Assembly: GCA_035695445.1 (NCBI GenBank)
Contig: DASRSI010000009.1
Span: 9,974 to 73,973 of the forward strand
DNA from: Candidatus Cybelea sp.
GTDB lineage: Bacteria; Vulcanimicrobiota; Vulcanimicrobiia; Vulcanimicrobiales; Vulcanimicrobiaceae
DNA: 64,000 nt
Direction of reading: 5' to 3'
The position numbers and the translations under genes are program-made. Under the pieces are notes generated by a model. It saw nothing but the letters and a program-made list of their open reading frames with translations, was not told the DNA's origin and ran no database searches. Shown piece by piece: positions 53,099 to 61,976 of this stretch. Within the stretch, counting starts at the first letter, position 1; every line of letters starts with the position of its first letter.

Positions 53099-54730
53099 TC
53101 ACCACGTGCGCAATCCGGGAGCGAGGTAACCCGGATTGCGCAGCAGCTCGCCGACAGGGCCCGCGTACGCGAGCACCGCGAAAATGAAGGCGAGAACTCC
53201 CCATCGGTAGAGATGCTGCAATGGCGCCGGCGTCGTTAATCCGCCGTCGGCCGGCGTTGCGAACGTGACGGCGGCGTACTCCGCGCGTTCGTTCTGAACG
53301 AGCGTTCCGATCGCCACGGCGACGAACGTCATGATGCTCACGAAGAGAAAGAATCCGCCGGCGGCCGCGAGCAGCATCAGCGGCTGCCATGCATTGGCCG
53401 CCCCTGCGCCCATATAACCAACCTCGGCCGTCCGGCGCGGCGCGCCTTGCAATCCCGCAAAGTGCATCGAGAACGACATGATCAGCATGCCGAAGAACCA
53501 GAGGCGCGTCTGAAAGAGCGCCAACTGAGGCTGCCAAAGCGCGCGTCCGGTGAGGCGCGGAATCATCCAGTAGGCCGCGCCCAAAAACGTCAGCGCGACC
53601 GGGCCACCGACCGTCACGTGAAAGTGGCCGACGATCCAGATTGTATTGTGCACGACCATATCCATGCTATACGATGCGTTGACCAAGCCGCCGAAGCCGC
53701 CCAGGATGAAGAGGATCATCCCGAGACCGGCGCCGCTAAAGGTCGGATCGTTCCACGGAAGGGCTCTGACGGTTGCGATGAACCCTTTGCGCCCTTGTTT
53801 GATTGCGAAGAGCTCGAAGGATGCGAAGATCGCAAACGCGGTAATGAACGACGGAATCGCGACGCCGTAGGTGTTCACGGCGTGAAGCATCTTCCAAACC
53901 GACGAAATCCCCGGTTCCATGAACTCGTGATGAATGCCGACCGGCGTCGAGAGCAGAATCAGCATGATGAATGCCAGCCGGGTGAGCGCGTCGCTGAAAA
54001 CGTTTCCGCCGTATCGCGTGGGAATCACGTTATACCAGATGATGTACGCGCCCATGATCCAGAAATAGACCAGCGGATGGCCGAAGTACCAGAAGAACAT
54101 CCGCGTCAGCATCACGTTGACGCCCGACGTCCAGCCAAAGGCCCACGGAATGAGCAAGCACATCTCCGCAATGACGCCGAGCGTCGCGATCAACCACATC
54201 ACGAAGGTTGCCGCGGCGCAGAAGACCACGAGCGGCACCGGTCTGCCGGGATTGGTTCGCCGGAAGAAGTTGACGTTTCCGAAAACTTCGAACGCGACGA
54301 CCCACGTTCCGAGCACGAGCAGCGTCGCTCCAACGTAGAACCACGGACTCGCTTTGAGTGGCGCGTAGAACGTGTAGAGAACGGTCGCATCGCCCTTGAG
54401 AATCGTCAGCGCCGCCATCACCGTTCCGAAGAGCATCAGCGCCCAGCCGAACCACCCGGCGGCCAGACTTCGCTCGCGCGGAATGGCGCGATAGGTCACG
54501 AAGAGCGAGAGTCCGGTAATGAAGAACGTGGTGAAGACGAGCGCCATCAGCACGCCGTGCATGGTAAGCACGCGATAGTAATCGAACCAGCCGGGCGCGC
54601 CGAAGGCGCCCGTGCGCGCGAACCCTTGGAAGACGCCGAAGATCGCGCCGAGCGCGATCGCGGCGGTCGCCGTGTACACGTGGGCGATGACGATCCGATC
54701 TTCGCCGCGCATGCCGGCCGATTCGCTCAC
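53099..54730 (-). CDS. cbaA: Cytochrome c oxidase subunit I, B-family (ba3-type)
   Basis: GHPLVYFWIMGAYIIWYNVIP and HHEFMEPG resemble the Thermus ba3 motifs. GHFHVTVGG carries the heme ligands. 543 aa, about 13 TM segments. Confidence 0.88.
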   Translation of the reverse strand: MSESAGMRGEDRIVIAHVYTATAAIALGAIFGVFQGFARTGAFGAPGWFDYYRVLTMHGVLMALVFTTFFITGLSLFVTYRAIPRERSLAAGWFGWALMLFGTVMAALTILKGDATVLYTFYAPLKASPWFYVGATLLVLGTWVVAFEVFGNVNFFRRTNPGRPVPLVVFCAAATFVMWLIATLGVIAEMCLLIPWAFGWTSGVNVMLTRMFFWYFGHPLVYFWIMGAYIIWYNVIPTRYGGNVFSDALTRLAFIMLILLSTPVGIHHEFMEPGISSVWKMLHAVNTYGVAIPSFITAFAIFASFELFAIKQGRKGFIATVRALPWNDPTFSGAGLGMILFILGGFGGLVNASYSMDMVVHNTIWIVGHFHVTVGGPVALTFLGAAYWMIPRLTGRALWQPQLALFQTRLWFFGMLIMSFSMHFAGLQGAPRRTAEVGYMGAGAANAWQPLMLLAAAGGFFLFVSIMTFVAVAIGTLVQNERAEYAAVTFATPADGGLTTPAPLQHLYRWGVLAFIFAVLAYAGPVGELLRNPGYLAPGLRTW

Positions 54731-54731
54731 G

Positions 54732-55199
54732 TTACCGCACCTCGATGGTCGCGAACATATTCTGATGGCCGATTCCGCAGTACTCGTGGCAGATGAGCAA
54801 GAAGTCGCCGGGGCGTCGAAACGTGTGCGTCTCTTCGTTCACCCAGCCCGGCACGGCCATCATATTGATATCCGTGTTGGGAATGAAGAAACCGTGCACC
54901 ACGTCGGAACTCGTAACGTAAAACGTCACCGTGCTGCCGGCGGGAATGCGGAGCCGCGAGGGCATGAACTGGAAGACTTGGGCGACGTAGTAGGCTTCGT
55001 ACGTTCCGTCGGGCTTGCGGCGCAAGCCGGGCCGGTCGAAGGGCGGCGTTTGCGAGACTTTGGTCGGATCGATCTGCTGCATGTCGCTGGGCGGATTGAT
55101 ACCGTCGGCAAATGCGGCGAACGCGATCAACGATAAAAAGAAGACCAGCATCGTTACGCCGAACGTCAGCCACCAGCGCTCGTATTTGTGGATGTGCAT
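54732..55199 (-). CDS. cbaB: Cytochrome c oxidase subunit II (cupredoxin, CuA)
   Basis: ATG at 55199 gives MHIHKYERWWLTFGVTMLVFFL (one TM segment). CuA site HGF...CHEYCGIGHQNM. The stop lies 1 nt before the subunit I start. Confidence 0.85.
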   Translation of the reverse strand: MHIHKYERWWLTFGVTMLVFFLSLIAFAAFADGINPPSDMQQIDPTKVSQTPPFDRPGLRRKPDGTYEAYYVAQVFQFMPSRLRIPAGSTVTFYVTSSDVVHGFFIPNTDINMMAVPGWVNEETHTFRRPGDFLLICHEYCGIGHQNMFATIEVR

Positions 55200-55200
55200 G

Positions 55201-55314
55201 CTACCAGCGCAATCGCAGCAGCGCGTACATCGCGAGCCAGCAGATGAGAAACCCCGCACCCATCACAAAGACGAAGCGCAGGGTGCCGACGAGGGGGGCG
55301 TCGTCGTCCTTCAC
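55201..55314 (-). CDS. cbaD: 37-aa single-TM peptide, candidate ba3 oxidase subunit IIa
   Basis: Not in the ORF track (below its size cut-off). GTG at 55314 to TAG at 55201 encodes MKDDDAPLVGTLRFVFVMGAGFLICWLAMYALLRLRW. The stop lies 1 nt before the subunit II ATG. Position and architecture match Thermus cbaD-cbaB-cbaA. Confidence 0.5.
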   Translation of the reverse strand: MKDDDAPLVGTLRFVFVMGAGFLICWLAMYALLRLRW

Positions 55315-55435
55315 GAGCTAACCGCAGATCCCAGCAGCTCAGCCATGGACGCCATCATCTTCCCAAATGCCGGCCGGCCGGGTCAAGGACTCTTGTCGCG
55401 AACCGGAGAGAGGTCGGAGCGGCGCGCGCGGCCCT

Positions 55436-56515
55436 TCAGGGCGCTAAGAAGAGGTGCTCTAGTTTGTCACAATCGTATGAGCCCGCGAGGCATTTGAGCG
55501 AAACCGTGGGCTGCGCGTTCTGCTTCATCGGTAACGGAAAGACGTTCAGCGTGCCGTCGTCCGCGTCGAGCGTATAATAGCTATAGCGATAGGTGTCGGC
55601 GGCAAGAGCTCCCGCAACCGTATCGGTGTGCGCGTCGGGAAAGAGCCCGACTTGCGGATTGAAGGGTTGCGGAAACTGCGCCGTCACATCGACGGGCGGC
55701 GACGGCGGCGTCCCCGGTCTCGGCGACCGCAGCGCGCCGTCATACTGGCCCAAGAGAAGCGCGGGCGAGTTGGGAGCCGTCGGCGGCCAATCGCTAGCAT
55801 CGACGAAGTCGGCTTGCTTTAAATCGAGTCCGGTCGTGCCGGGCTGTTTCGCATAGGGAAACGCGACTTTGAAGAGTCGCGAACGATAGCTGGCACTCGC
55901 GTAGAAATAGAGCGTCGCGTTGATATCGAAGCGCCCTTGCGTCAACACCGTAAAGCCGGAGGTCTTCGAGCCTTTTGCCCCCACGATAATGATGACCGAG
56001 GCAACGCTCTGCTGTTTGATCGGCGGCCGCAGCTCCGTAATGCCGCCCAATCCTCCCAAGTTGTTGAAGAGCCAGAGATTCTCGTTCGGATCGAATTCGA
56101 TATCAACGAGTAACGCGCCGTCGGGCCCGATGCCCGTCATCGCGGGAGTCAACTTGATCTTCGTTTGCGCGTGCGACGGATCGAATGAAACAATCGGCGC
56201 TCGAAAGATGCGCAGTTCCGTCGGGCTCGCCAGCGCTACGTTACCGTATTGATCGGCAGTGAACTGCGGCGTCACCGGTAGGTGGGGCCACTCGGTCAGC
56301 GTACGCACGGGCTTCGAACTCTGCGTCAATGGCAAGCGGTACTCGAAAAACGAGCCGTTGTGGTCGACGTAGAGCAGACCTGGCTTCGGCGTCGAGGTCG
56401 GCTGAGGCGGTTGCTCGAGGCTCAACGGCGCCGGCCCACTCGAACCGCAACCTGCAGCAAACGCCGCGATCGCGGCAACGGCTGCCAGCGTGAGAAACGT
56501 CGTCGAAAGCTTCAC
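55436..56515 (-). CDS. Hypothetical lipoprotein, beta-propeller-like
   Basis: GTG at 56515 overlaps the upstream stop (GTGA). Lipobox FAAGC. Begins GLLYVDHNG, like the 34524 and 33366 paralogs. Confidence 0.55.
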   Translation of the reverse strand: MKLSTTFLTLAAVAAIAAFAAGCGSSGPAPLSLEQPPQPTSTPKPGLLYVDHNGSFFEYRLPLTQSSKPVRTLTEWPHLPVTPQFTADQYGNVALASPTELRIFRAPIVSFDPSHAQTKIKLTPAMTGIGPDGALLVDIEFDPNENLWLFNNLGGLGGITELRPPIKQQSVASVIIIVGAKGSKTSGFTVLTQGRFDINATLYFYASASYRSRLFKVAFPYAKQPGTTGLDLKQADFVDASDWPPTAPNSPALLLGQYDGALRSPRPGTPPSPPVDVTAQFPQPFNPQVGLFPDAHTDTVAGALAADTYRYSYYTLDADDGTLNVFPLPMKQNAQPTVSLKCLAGSYDCDKLEHLFLAP

Positions 56516-57312
56516 TTATCGAGACTCCCGAAAACCGGGCCGGGCGGCCCGCTGCCGCCTTGGGTATCGGCATCGAAGAGAAAGAGCGAGAGGCGCTCGA
56601 TGGCGTGAAACGGCAATGCGTTCCGTTTATCGAATGGGTTGATTCCCTGCGGCGTCTCTACGCCGATCAGGTGGCCGGGCGTGCCGACGAATCCGCCGAG
56701 ATTGCTCACGCTCGTGCCGAGCGTCACCGTGGAAAGCGTGCCGAACTTGGCGCTGCCAAGCTGCTTGAATTGCGACGAACTCGATGCTGCAAAGCTGCCG
56801 AAACCGGCTTGCGCCGTGCTCGGCGAGGCTTCGTAGAGTGAGAGTTGCGCGCCCTTGCCCGCGCCGGGCTCCTCAAACGTGAGCACCTGATAGTTAGGAT
56901 ACGACCCGACGACGATGAGTGTGTATTGTTTGCCGGCACCCAGCGGCGCCGATTTTAACGGCCCGACGGAGAAGCCAAGCGTGTCGCGCGCCGTGAGCGC
57001 GAGCGTGCCGGCGTTCATGCGCTCGAATGGCGTCATCGAGCCGTAAACGAATTGCGAGGCGACCGTCTGCGCATTCGCTTGAAGATAGGCATCCAATCCG
57101 AGCGGTTGCGGAACGCCGTTGTTCAGTGCGTCGAGCAATGGCGCGCCGTCAATAAAACGCACGTCCGCTGTTCCCGACTGTGCCGGGATCGCGCTCGACG
57201 ACGAAGACGACGAGCCGCAACCGGCGAGCACGGCCATCGCGCACGCGAAGACGAGGGAGTTTATGCGCGCCGCATTGCTGCGGCGCGCATAAACGTTGCT
57301 GCTGGTTGGGAT
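56512..57312 (-). CDS. DUF4397-like lipoprotein (start uncertain)
   Basis: Lipobox VLAGC with a Ser-rich linker. DVRFIDGAP...YTLIVVG pattern as in DUF4397. No canonical start lies between the upstream stop and the lipobox. ATC 57312 overlaps the upstream TAA (TAATC). Confidence 0.5.
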   Translation of the reverse strand: MPTSSNVYARRSNAARINSLVFACAMAVLAGCGSSSSSSSAIPAQSGTADVRFIDGAPLLDALNNGVPQPLGLDAYLQANAQTVASQFVYGSMTPFERMNAGTLALTARDTLGFSVGPLKSAPLGAGKQYTLIVVGSYPNYQVLTFEEPGAGKGAQLSLYEASPSTAQAGFGSFAASSSSQFKQLGSAKFGTLSTVTLGTSVSNLGGFVGTPGHLIGVETPQGINPFDKRNALPFHAIERLSLFLFDADTQGGSGPPGPVFGSLDK

Positions 57313-58754
57313 TACTGGAGGCAGGACGGGTTTCCAACGCCGTTGAGGGCGTTCTTGACTGCCGTGCGGATTTTGGCGCTGAGCGGCGTGTACTCGAGCG
57401 CACCGAGAAGCCCGCTCGCAGCCGATGAGGTTTCGTAGGTGATGAGCGCCTTCTTCTCGGTGAGGTGAATGCCGTTGTTGTTGCCGTAGAAGAGCCAGTA
57501 GCTCAGACCAACGATCGGGTAGTCGCCGGCGGCCGGGTTCACGAACTCGGTCGGCGGGATGTAGAGCTGGCACCACGGCGTGCTCGAGCCGAGCGGATTG
57601 CCATCGCTGCCGATGCCGTAGTCGATACTATTGGCCTTTGAGAGTGCGCGCGCGACCGCGGCCTTATTCGTCGGGCAGACGAACTTCGCGTTCGCGGTAT
57701 CGAGCAGGCACGCCTGAGCAACGCCGGCCGCGGCGGCCCATGCGCCTTCTGCGTAGCCGGTTCCGAACGGGTCGGCCTGGATTGCCGTGATCACGCCCGG
57801 GTTACCGCTCTCTCCATGGAAGCGCGAATTCGGATCGCCGGACGAGCCGGGGCCCGGCCAGGTCTGATTGACGCCGAAGGTCCAGGCGGCGTTGCGGTTC
57901 TTGCCGAGATTCTGGTAGGGATCCTTATTGTACGGAGCGCGCCACTTCTGGTTGCAGACGGTATTCAGCTTGTTGGTGGTGAGGTAGCTCGTGCCGCTGC
58001 CGTCGGACCGGAAGTAGAAGTTGAGCGTGTCGCCCGTGCCGCCGGTAACGGAGCCGCCGTTATCGGCGGTGATTGCCGCATCGTTCCAGTTGCTGATCGT
58101 GCCGTTGGCAATGGCGCAGTAGGTCCAGGTGGAGAGTTGGAGATTCGCACTCGTTCCGATTCCGCTGAATGACGACGCGTTATACGGGAATACGATCGGA
58201 CCGCCGAAGGTCGGGAGCTCGAAGGGTTGGCCCCAGCTCGGCGACGTGATGAGACGACCGTTGGAGTAGGTGGTTCCGGATGCACAGCACTCGGTCGATG
58301 CCATCGCGACGTCGCTTCCGACGAAGTCGAGTGGATCGCCCGGAGCGCCGAAACCGGCCGGAGATGCGGTGAGCGGTGCACAACCGACCGTGGCGGTGCC
58401 ATTGTTCGCTTCAAACTCTTTACGTCCGAAGCCGCTGCCGGTGAGACAGTAGTAGATTGCGCCCTTGGTTTTCTTCTGGGCGCCGAAGAGAACCGAGCCA
58501 GGGGCCGGCGTCGGTTGTCCCGGCCCCGGAGTGCCGACCGGCTGCGCCCCGAGGTTGTAACCATACGCCGGGAACGTTGCGCCGCCGCCATAGAGTGCGG
58601 CGCCGACCTTTTTATTGGGGTGGATCTTGCTCTGCGGCGCTGCGGCGCCGTTGGGAAGGGCGGATACGCCCGACCCGGCGGTACTTCCGTTACACGCGCT
58701 CAATACGAGCGCCGGAAGGGCTGCCAAGGCCAGGGTAGCGAGCCTGTTTTTCAT
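57312..58754 (-). CDS. PstS-family phosphate-binding protein-like lipoprotein (oversized, 480 aa)
   Basis: Lipobox LVLSAC. GGGATFPAYGY, FYFRSDGSGTSYLTT, GNPGVITAIQADPFGTGYAEGAWA and DYPIVGLSYWLF align by eye with E. coli PstS [49 protein letters not shown] and AWPITSTTFILI. Confidence 0.75.
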   Translation of the reverse strand: MKNRLATLALAALPALVLSACNGSTAGSGVSALPNGAAAPQSKIHPNKKVGAALYGGGATFPAYGYNLGAQPVGTPGPGQPTPAPGSVLFGAQKKTKGAIYYCLTGSGFGRKEFEANNGTATVGCAPLTASPAGFGAPGDPLDFVGSDVAMASTECCASGTTYSNGRLITSPSWGQPFELPTFGGPIVFPYNASSFSGIGTSANLQLSTWTYCAIANGTISNWNDAAITADNGGSVTGGTGDTLNFYFRSDGSGTSYLTTNKLNTVCNQKWRAPYNKDPYQNLGKNRNAAWTFGVNQTWPGPGSSGDPNSRFHGESGNPGVITAIQADPFGTGYAEGAWAAAAGVAQACLLDTANAKFVCPTNKAAVARALSKANSIDYGIGSDGNPLGSSTPWCQLYIPPTEFVNPAAGDYPIVGLSYWLFYGNNNGIHLTEKKALITYETSSAASGLLGALEYTPLSAKIRTAVKNALNGVGNPSCLQ

Positions 58755-58791
58755 GTGGTGCTATCCTTTATGTGAGGGTGGTGGAGTGGCA

Positions 58792-60774
58792 TCAACGGGG
58801 ATAAGCCGGACGGGCCTTGGCCTGCCCGGAAAGTGATGTGATCGCAAGCGCCGCCGGCGCGCTGAGTTGCGTCGACGAGCCGGCAATCTGTAACGACGGT
58901 TTCACCGGCCCGTTATCGCTCGAGGTAAACTCGTCGATCGCATTGTTGAAAACATCGGCTGCGAAGACCGACTGCTGGTAGAGCGTGATCTCGGGAAAGT
59001 ATCCGAGCAACGCGCTGCTTTGGCAGTTCTTGCTCGATGAGACGCCGTCGAGCGTCAGCACGCGAATCGGCGGGACGTCGGTGGTGTTGCCGCTCGCGCC
59101 CGCTGCGTAGACGTTCACCTCCGCCTGGCACGTGCCGCTGCTGCCGCTGCCATGCGTCGTCACGTTGCCGATGTAGATCTCACCGGCGGAGTCGAGTGAA
59201 ACGTTGGTCGTGAAGCCCGGCGCAAGCTCCGTGGTCGAATCCCAGGGAATCGTGCGGGCGGCGGATGCGTTGGCGTTGCCGATATCGGCCGCGGCGGCGA
59301 CGTAGAGTCCATAGTCGGAACTAAATCCGGCAACCAGCTTGCCGTTGACGTAGAAGTTGTTACTCGAATCGATCGCAAGGCCGGTGGGACCCGCGTTGTT
59401 GTACTTGAGATACGGCGATGCGAAGTTGAAGGCGTACTCGGGATCGACCGAGCCCGAGGCGCCGTTTGCATAGGTCAGCACGGCGCCTTTCGCGCTGCCG
59501 CTATTACCGTCGACGTTCGTGGCACCGTACGTGACGAGCCGGCCGGACGGATCGATCGCGATATAGACCGGATAGAGCGTCGAATCGTTCGGCGATGCTT
59601 TGGAGTTGACGGTCGCCACCGGCTGCGCGCTGCCGGTCGCTCCCGGCGCATAGACGGCGATCTCGTTCGCGGCATCGGGTTGACCCGTGCCCGGATTCAC
59701 GCCCGTCGAAGTATCGAGATAGCCGACATACAGGTTCCCGGCGGAATCGAGCGTGATGCTGCGCGCGTACAACTTGGAGTCGAGGGAGAGGGTGTTTTCC
59801 GGTGCCGCGTTGCCGTTTGCAGTTCCACTATACTCGGTCACGATTGCACCTTGGCCGGTGCCCTTCGAGCCGAGATTGAGCACGTAGATCGTGCCGACCG
59901 GCGGCGGCGGCGTCTTACCGTGCAGCTTGAAATTCGCGCTCGCCCCGACGGCGCTCGGGCCGTCGGTCGTTGCCTGCAGCGTAATCGACGACGCTTGTTT
60001 GCTGCCGTTGTACGCGAGCGTGATATCCGAGGTCGGCTTGCTGATCACGATCGAGCTTCCCGATTTGCTGCCTGCGTGCAGCAGAAAGGCTTTGGCCGAA
60101 TCGCCCTGGATTGCGAGCGTTATCGCGAGCGCGTAATCGCTCGGCCCGACGATCTCGGCGCCACTGGCGTCATAGGCCGCTAAGTTGACCGACGACTTCA
60201 TCGGCGTACCGCGCTTGCCGCTCTTCGGTGAAAGCACGAGCTTTAAGGATTCGATGATGCCGCCGATCGAGAGCGAAAGCTTGTTGCTGATCTGCACGCC
60301 GCCGCCGCCCGACTGGATCTTCGCTTGCACCGTGCCCGACGAAAGAACGCTGCCGTTCCCGTTCGTTGCCGAAAACGCCGTCACCGCGAAGAGATCCGCT
60401 CCCGGCGAGCCGGAGGCCGTCGCGCTGCAAACCGTCGCGCCGGCCTCCACTTTGCAGTCGCGCGCCTTCGGCGTGGTATTCATTGTCGTCGGATTGACGC
60501 CGGTTACGCCCTTACCGTCAACGGACGTTAGCCCGATCACGAGCGACTCGGTGTTCTCCGAAATATAATCGGGACGAACGCCCTTGCGAGTTTGCGCGGG
60601 CACCGTGACCGTTACTTTGACTTTGACGAGGTTCGTCGGCGGCGGATCGCTGCCGCCGGGCGAGTTCACGACCGAACCACTTGGAAACGTGCCGCCGCCC
60701 CCGCAGCCGGTCAGTGCTACGACGAGCATACCTGCCGTCACCGATGCCAGACGCCTGCTGAGTACGCGCGTCAC
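58792..60774 (-). CDS. Large hypothetical lipoprotein (Ig-like N-terminal region plus beta-propeller-like C-terminal region)
   Basis: GTG at 60774 overlaps the upstream stop (GTGA). Lipobox VALTGC. Repeats of the type GNLYVGY, GRLVTYG, NNFYVNG, GEIYIGN. Confidence 0.55.
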   Translation of the reverse strand: MTRVLSRRLASVTAGMLVVALTGCGGGGTFPSGSVVNSPGGSDPPPTNLVKVKVTVTVPAQTRKGVRPDYISENTESLVIGLTSVDGKGVTGVNPTTMNTTPKARDCKVEAGATVCSATASGSPGADLFAVTAFSATNGNGSVLSSGTVQAKIQSGGGGVQISNKLSLSIGGIIESLKLVLSPKSGKRGTPMKSSVNLAAYDASGAEIVGPSDYALAITLAIQGDSAKAFLLHAGSKSGSSIVISKPTSDITLAYNGSKQASSITLQATTDGPSAVGASANFKLHGKTPPPPVGTIYVLNLGSKGTGQGAIVTEYSGTANGNAAPENTLSLDSKLYARSITLDSAGNLYVGYLDTSTGVNPGTGQPDAANEIAVYAPGATGSAQPVATVNSKASPNDSTLYPVYIAIDPSGRLVTYGATNVDGNSGSAKGAVLTYANGASGSVDPEYAFNFASPYLKYNNAGPTGLAIDSSNNFYVNGKLVAGFSSDYGLYVAAAADIGNANASAARTIPWDSTTELAPGFTTNVSLDSAGEIYIGNVTTHGSGSSGTCQAEVNVYAAGASGNTTDVPPIRVLTLDGVSSSKNCQSSALLGYFPEITLYQQSVFAADVFNNAIDEFTSSDNGPVKPSLQIAGSSTQLSAPAALAITSLSGQAKARPAYPR

Positions 60775-61976
60775 TTCGGATACGAAGCCGTAAGGATTGA
60801 GGAGGTGCTAATGTCGGCTTGTCCGCTCGGGCTCTTGATCAGCGGAAGCTGTGAGAGATTCGAAGGATACGACGATTCGTACGCCGGCCAGTCGGCGCCG
60901 ACCGCATAGACCTCATACGTGGCGCCCGGACAGATCGTCGGCGTCTTTCCCCCCGAATCGTTGACCGGCCCGAGATTGTCGGGCAGGTTCACGTTTACGC
61001 GTCCGTTTCGGTGCGTTACGACGGTGTAGAACGTATCGGTCGTGTGCGTGAGGAGACACGGGCTGCTCGGCTGACCGCTGCCGCCGATGTCGCGAACGAT
61101 CGCCAAGGCTTCGCTCGCGCCGTCGGGCACTGCGAGTTGCACCGTCCCGCCGCCCTTGCCATCGGGCTTGAAACCGGGTACGGGAAACGCCGGCAGCGCT
61201 TTCAAATTCACGAGCTGCGCGCCGGCCGCCAAGATGCCCGGCGGCGGCGTGGGCGTTCCGTTGGGTCCGGGACTCGGTGTAGGATTGCCGGGCGTATCGA
61301 AGGACGGCGGAACGGCGGCATATAGGTTGTACTTGCCGATCACCGGTTGCACCGCGAAATCGGTGAAGCCGAGCGAGTAGCCTTCCCAGCCGATTGCGCG
61401 CAGCGCCGCGCCACCTGAGGGAAAGGCCGGCGGTCCGCCATACCAGGTGGTGAGTTCGCTGCCGTAGATCGGCAAGTTGTACGATTGATAGAGCGGCGTG
61501 AAGCCGTTGCCGGGTCCGGAGTCGGAGTTGCAGGTGCACAAACCGTAACCGAAAGCTCCGGTCGACGAACTCTTCGGACCGAGCGGCGGCTGCGTCCATT
61601 GCGTTTGATTGAGCGTGGCCCACGTTATGTGGTTGGTACCAAGGTCCGAACCCGCCGATTGAACTTCACTACCGGTCTCGGTCGACGTCAGCACCGAAAA
61701 GCTGCTGGGGCCGATGATGATCGGCACGTTGTAGAGCGTACCGGAGAGCCCGTCCTTCTGACGCAGCGTTTCGACCACGTTGAGGCCGTAGGCCGTGTCC
61801 GCGCCCCCTTTGAACGAGAGCGTCGCGACACCGACGGCAAACTGCAGCTTGCTCGTGGCCGCCGGATCGAGAGAGGTTATCGGCGGCTCGGATGCTCCGC
61901 CGTTCCCGCAACCGACGACGACCGCGACGGCAACGACGGGGAGTGCGCCACGCAATAAGTTATTTCTATACATCAT
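60771..61976 (-). CDS. Hypothetical lipoprotein
   Basis: ATG at 61976 overlaps the upstream stop (ATGA). Lipobox VVVGC. No family recognised. Confidence 0.5.
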   Translation of the reverse strand: MMYRNNLLRGALPVVAVAVVVGCGNGGASEPPITSLDPAATSKLQFAVGVATLSFKGGADTAYGLNVVETLRQKDGLSGTLYNVPIIIGPSSFSVLTSTETGSEVQSAGSDLGTNHITWATLNQTQWTQPPLGPKSSSTGAFGYGLCTCNSDSGPGNGFTPLYQSYNLPIYGSELTTWYGGPPAFPSGGAALRAIGWEGYSLGFTDFAVQPVIGKYNLYAAVPPSFDTPGNPTPSPGPNGTPTPPPGILAAGAQLVNLKALPAFPVPGFKPDGKGGGTVQLAVPDGASEALAIVRDIGGSGQPSSPCLLTHTTDTFYTVVTHRNGRVNVNLPDNLGPVNDSGGKTPTICPGATYEVYAVGADWPAYESSYPSNLSQLPLIKSPSGQADISTSSILTASYPK

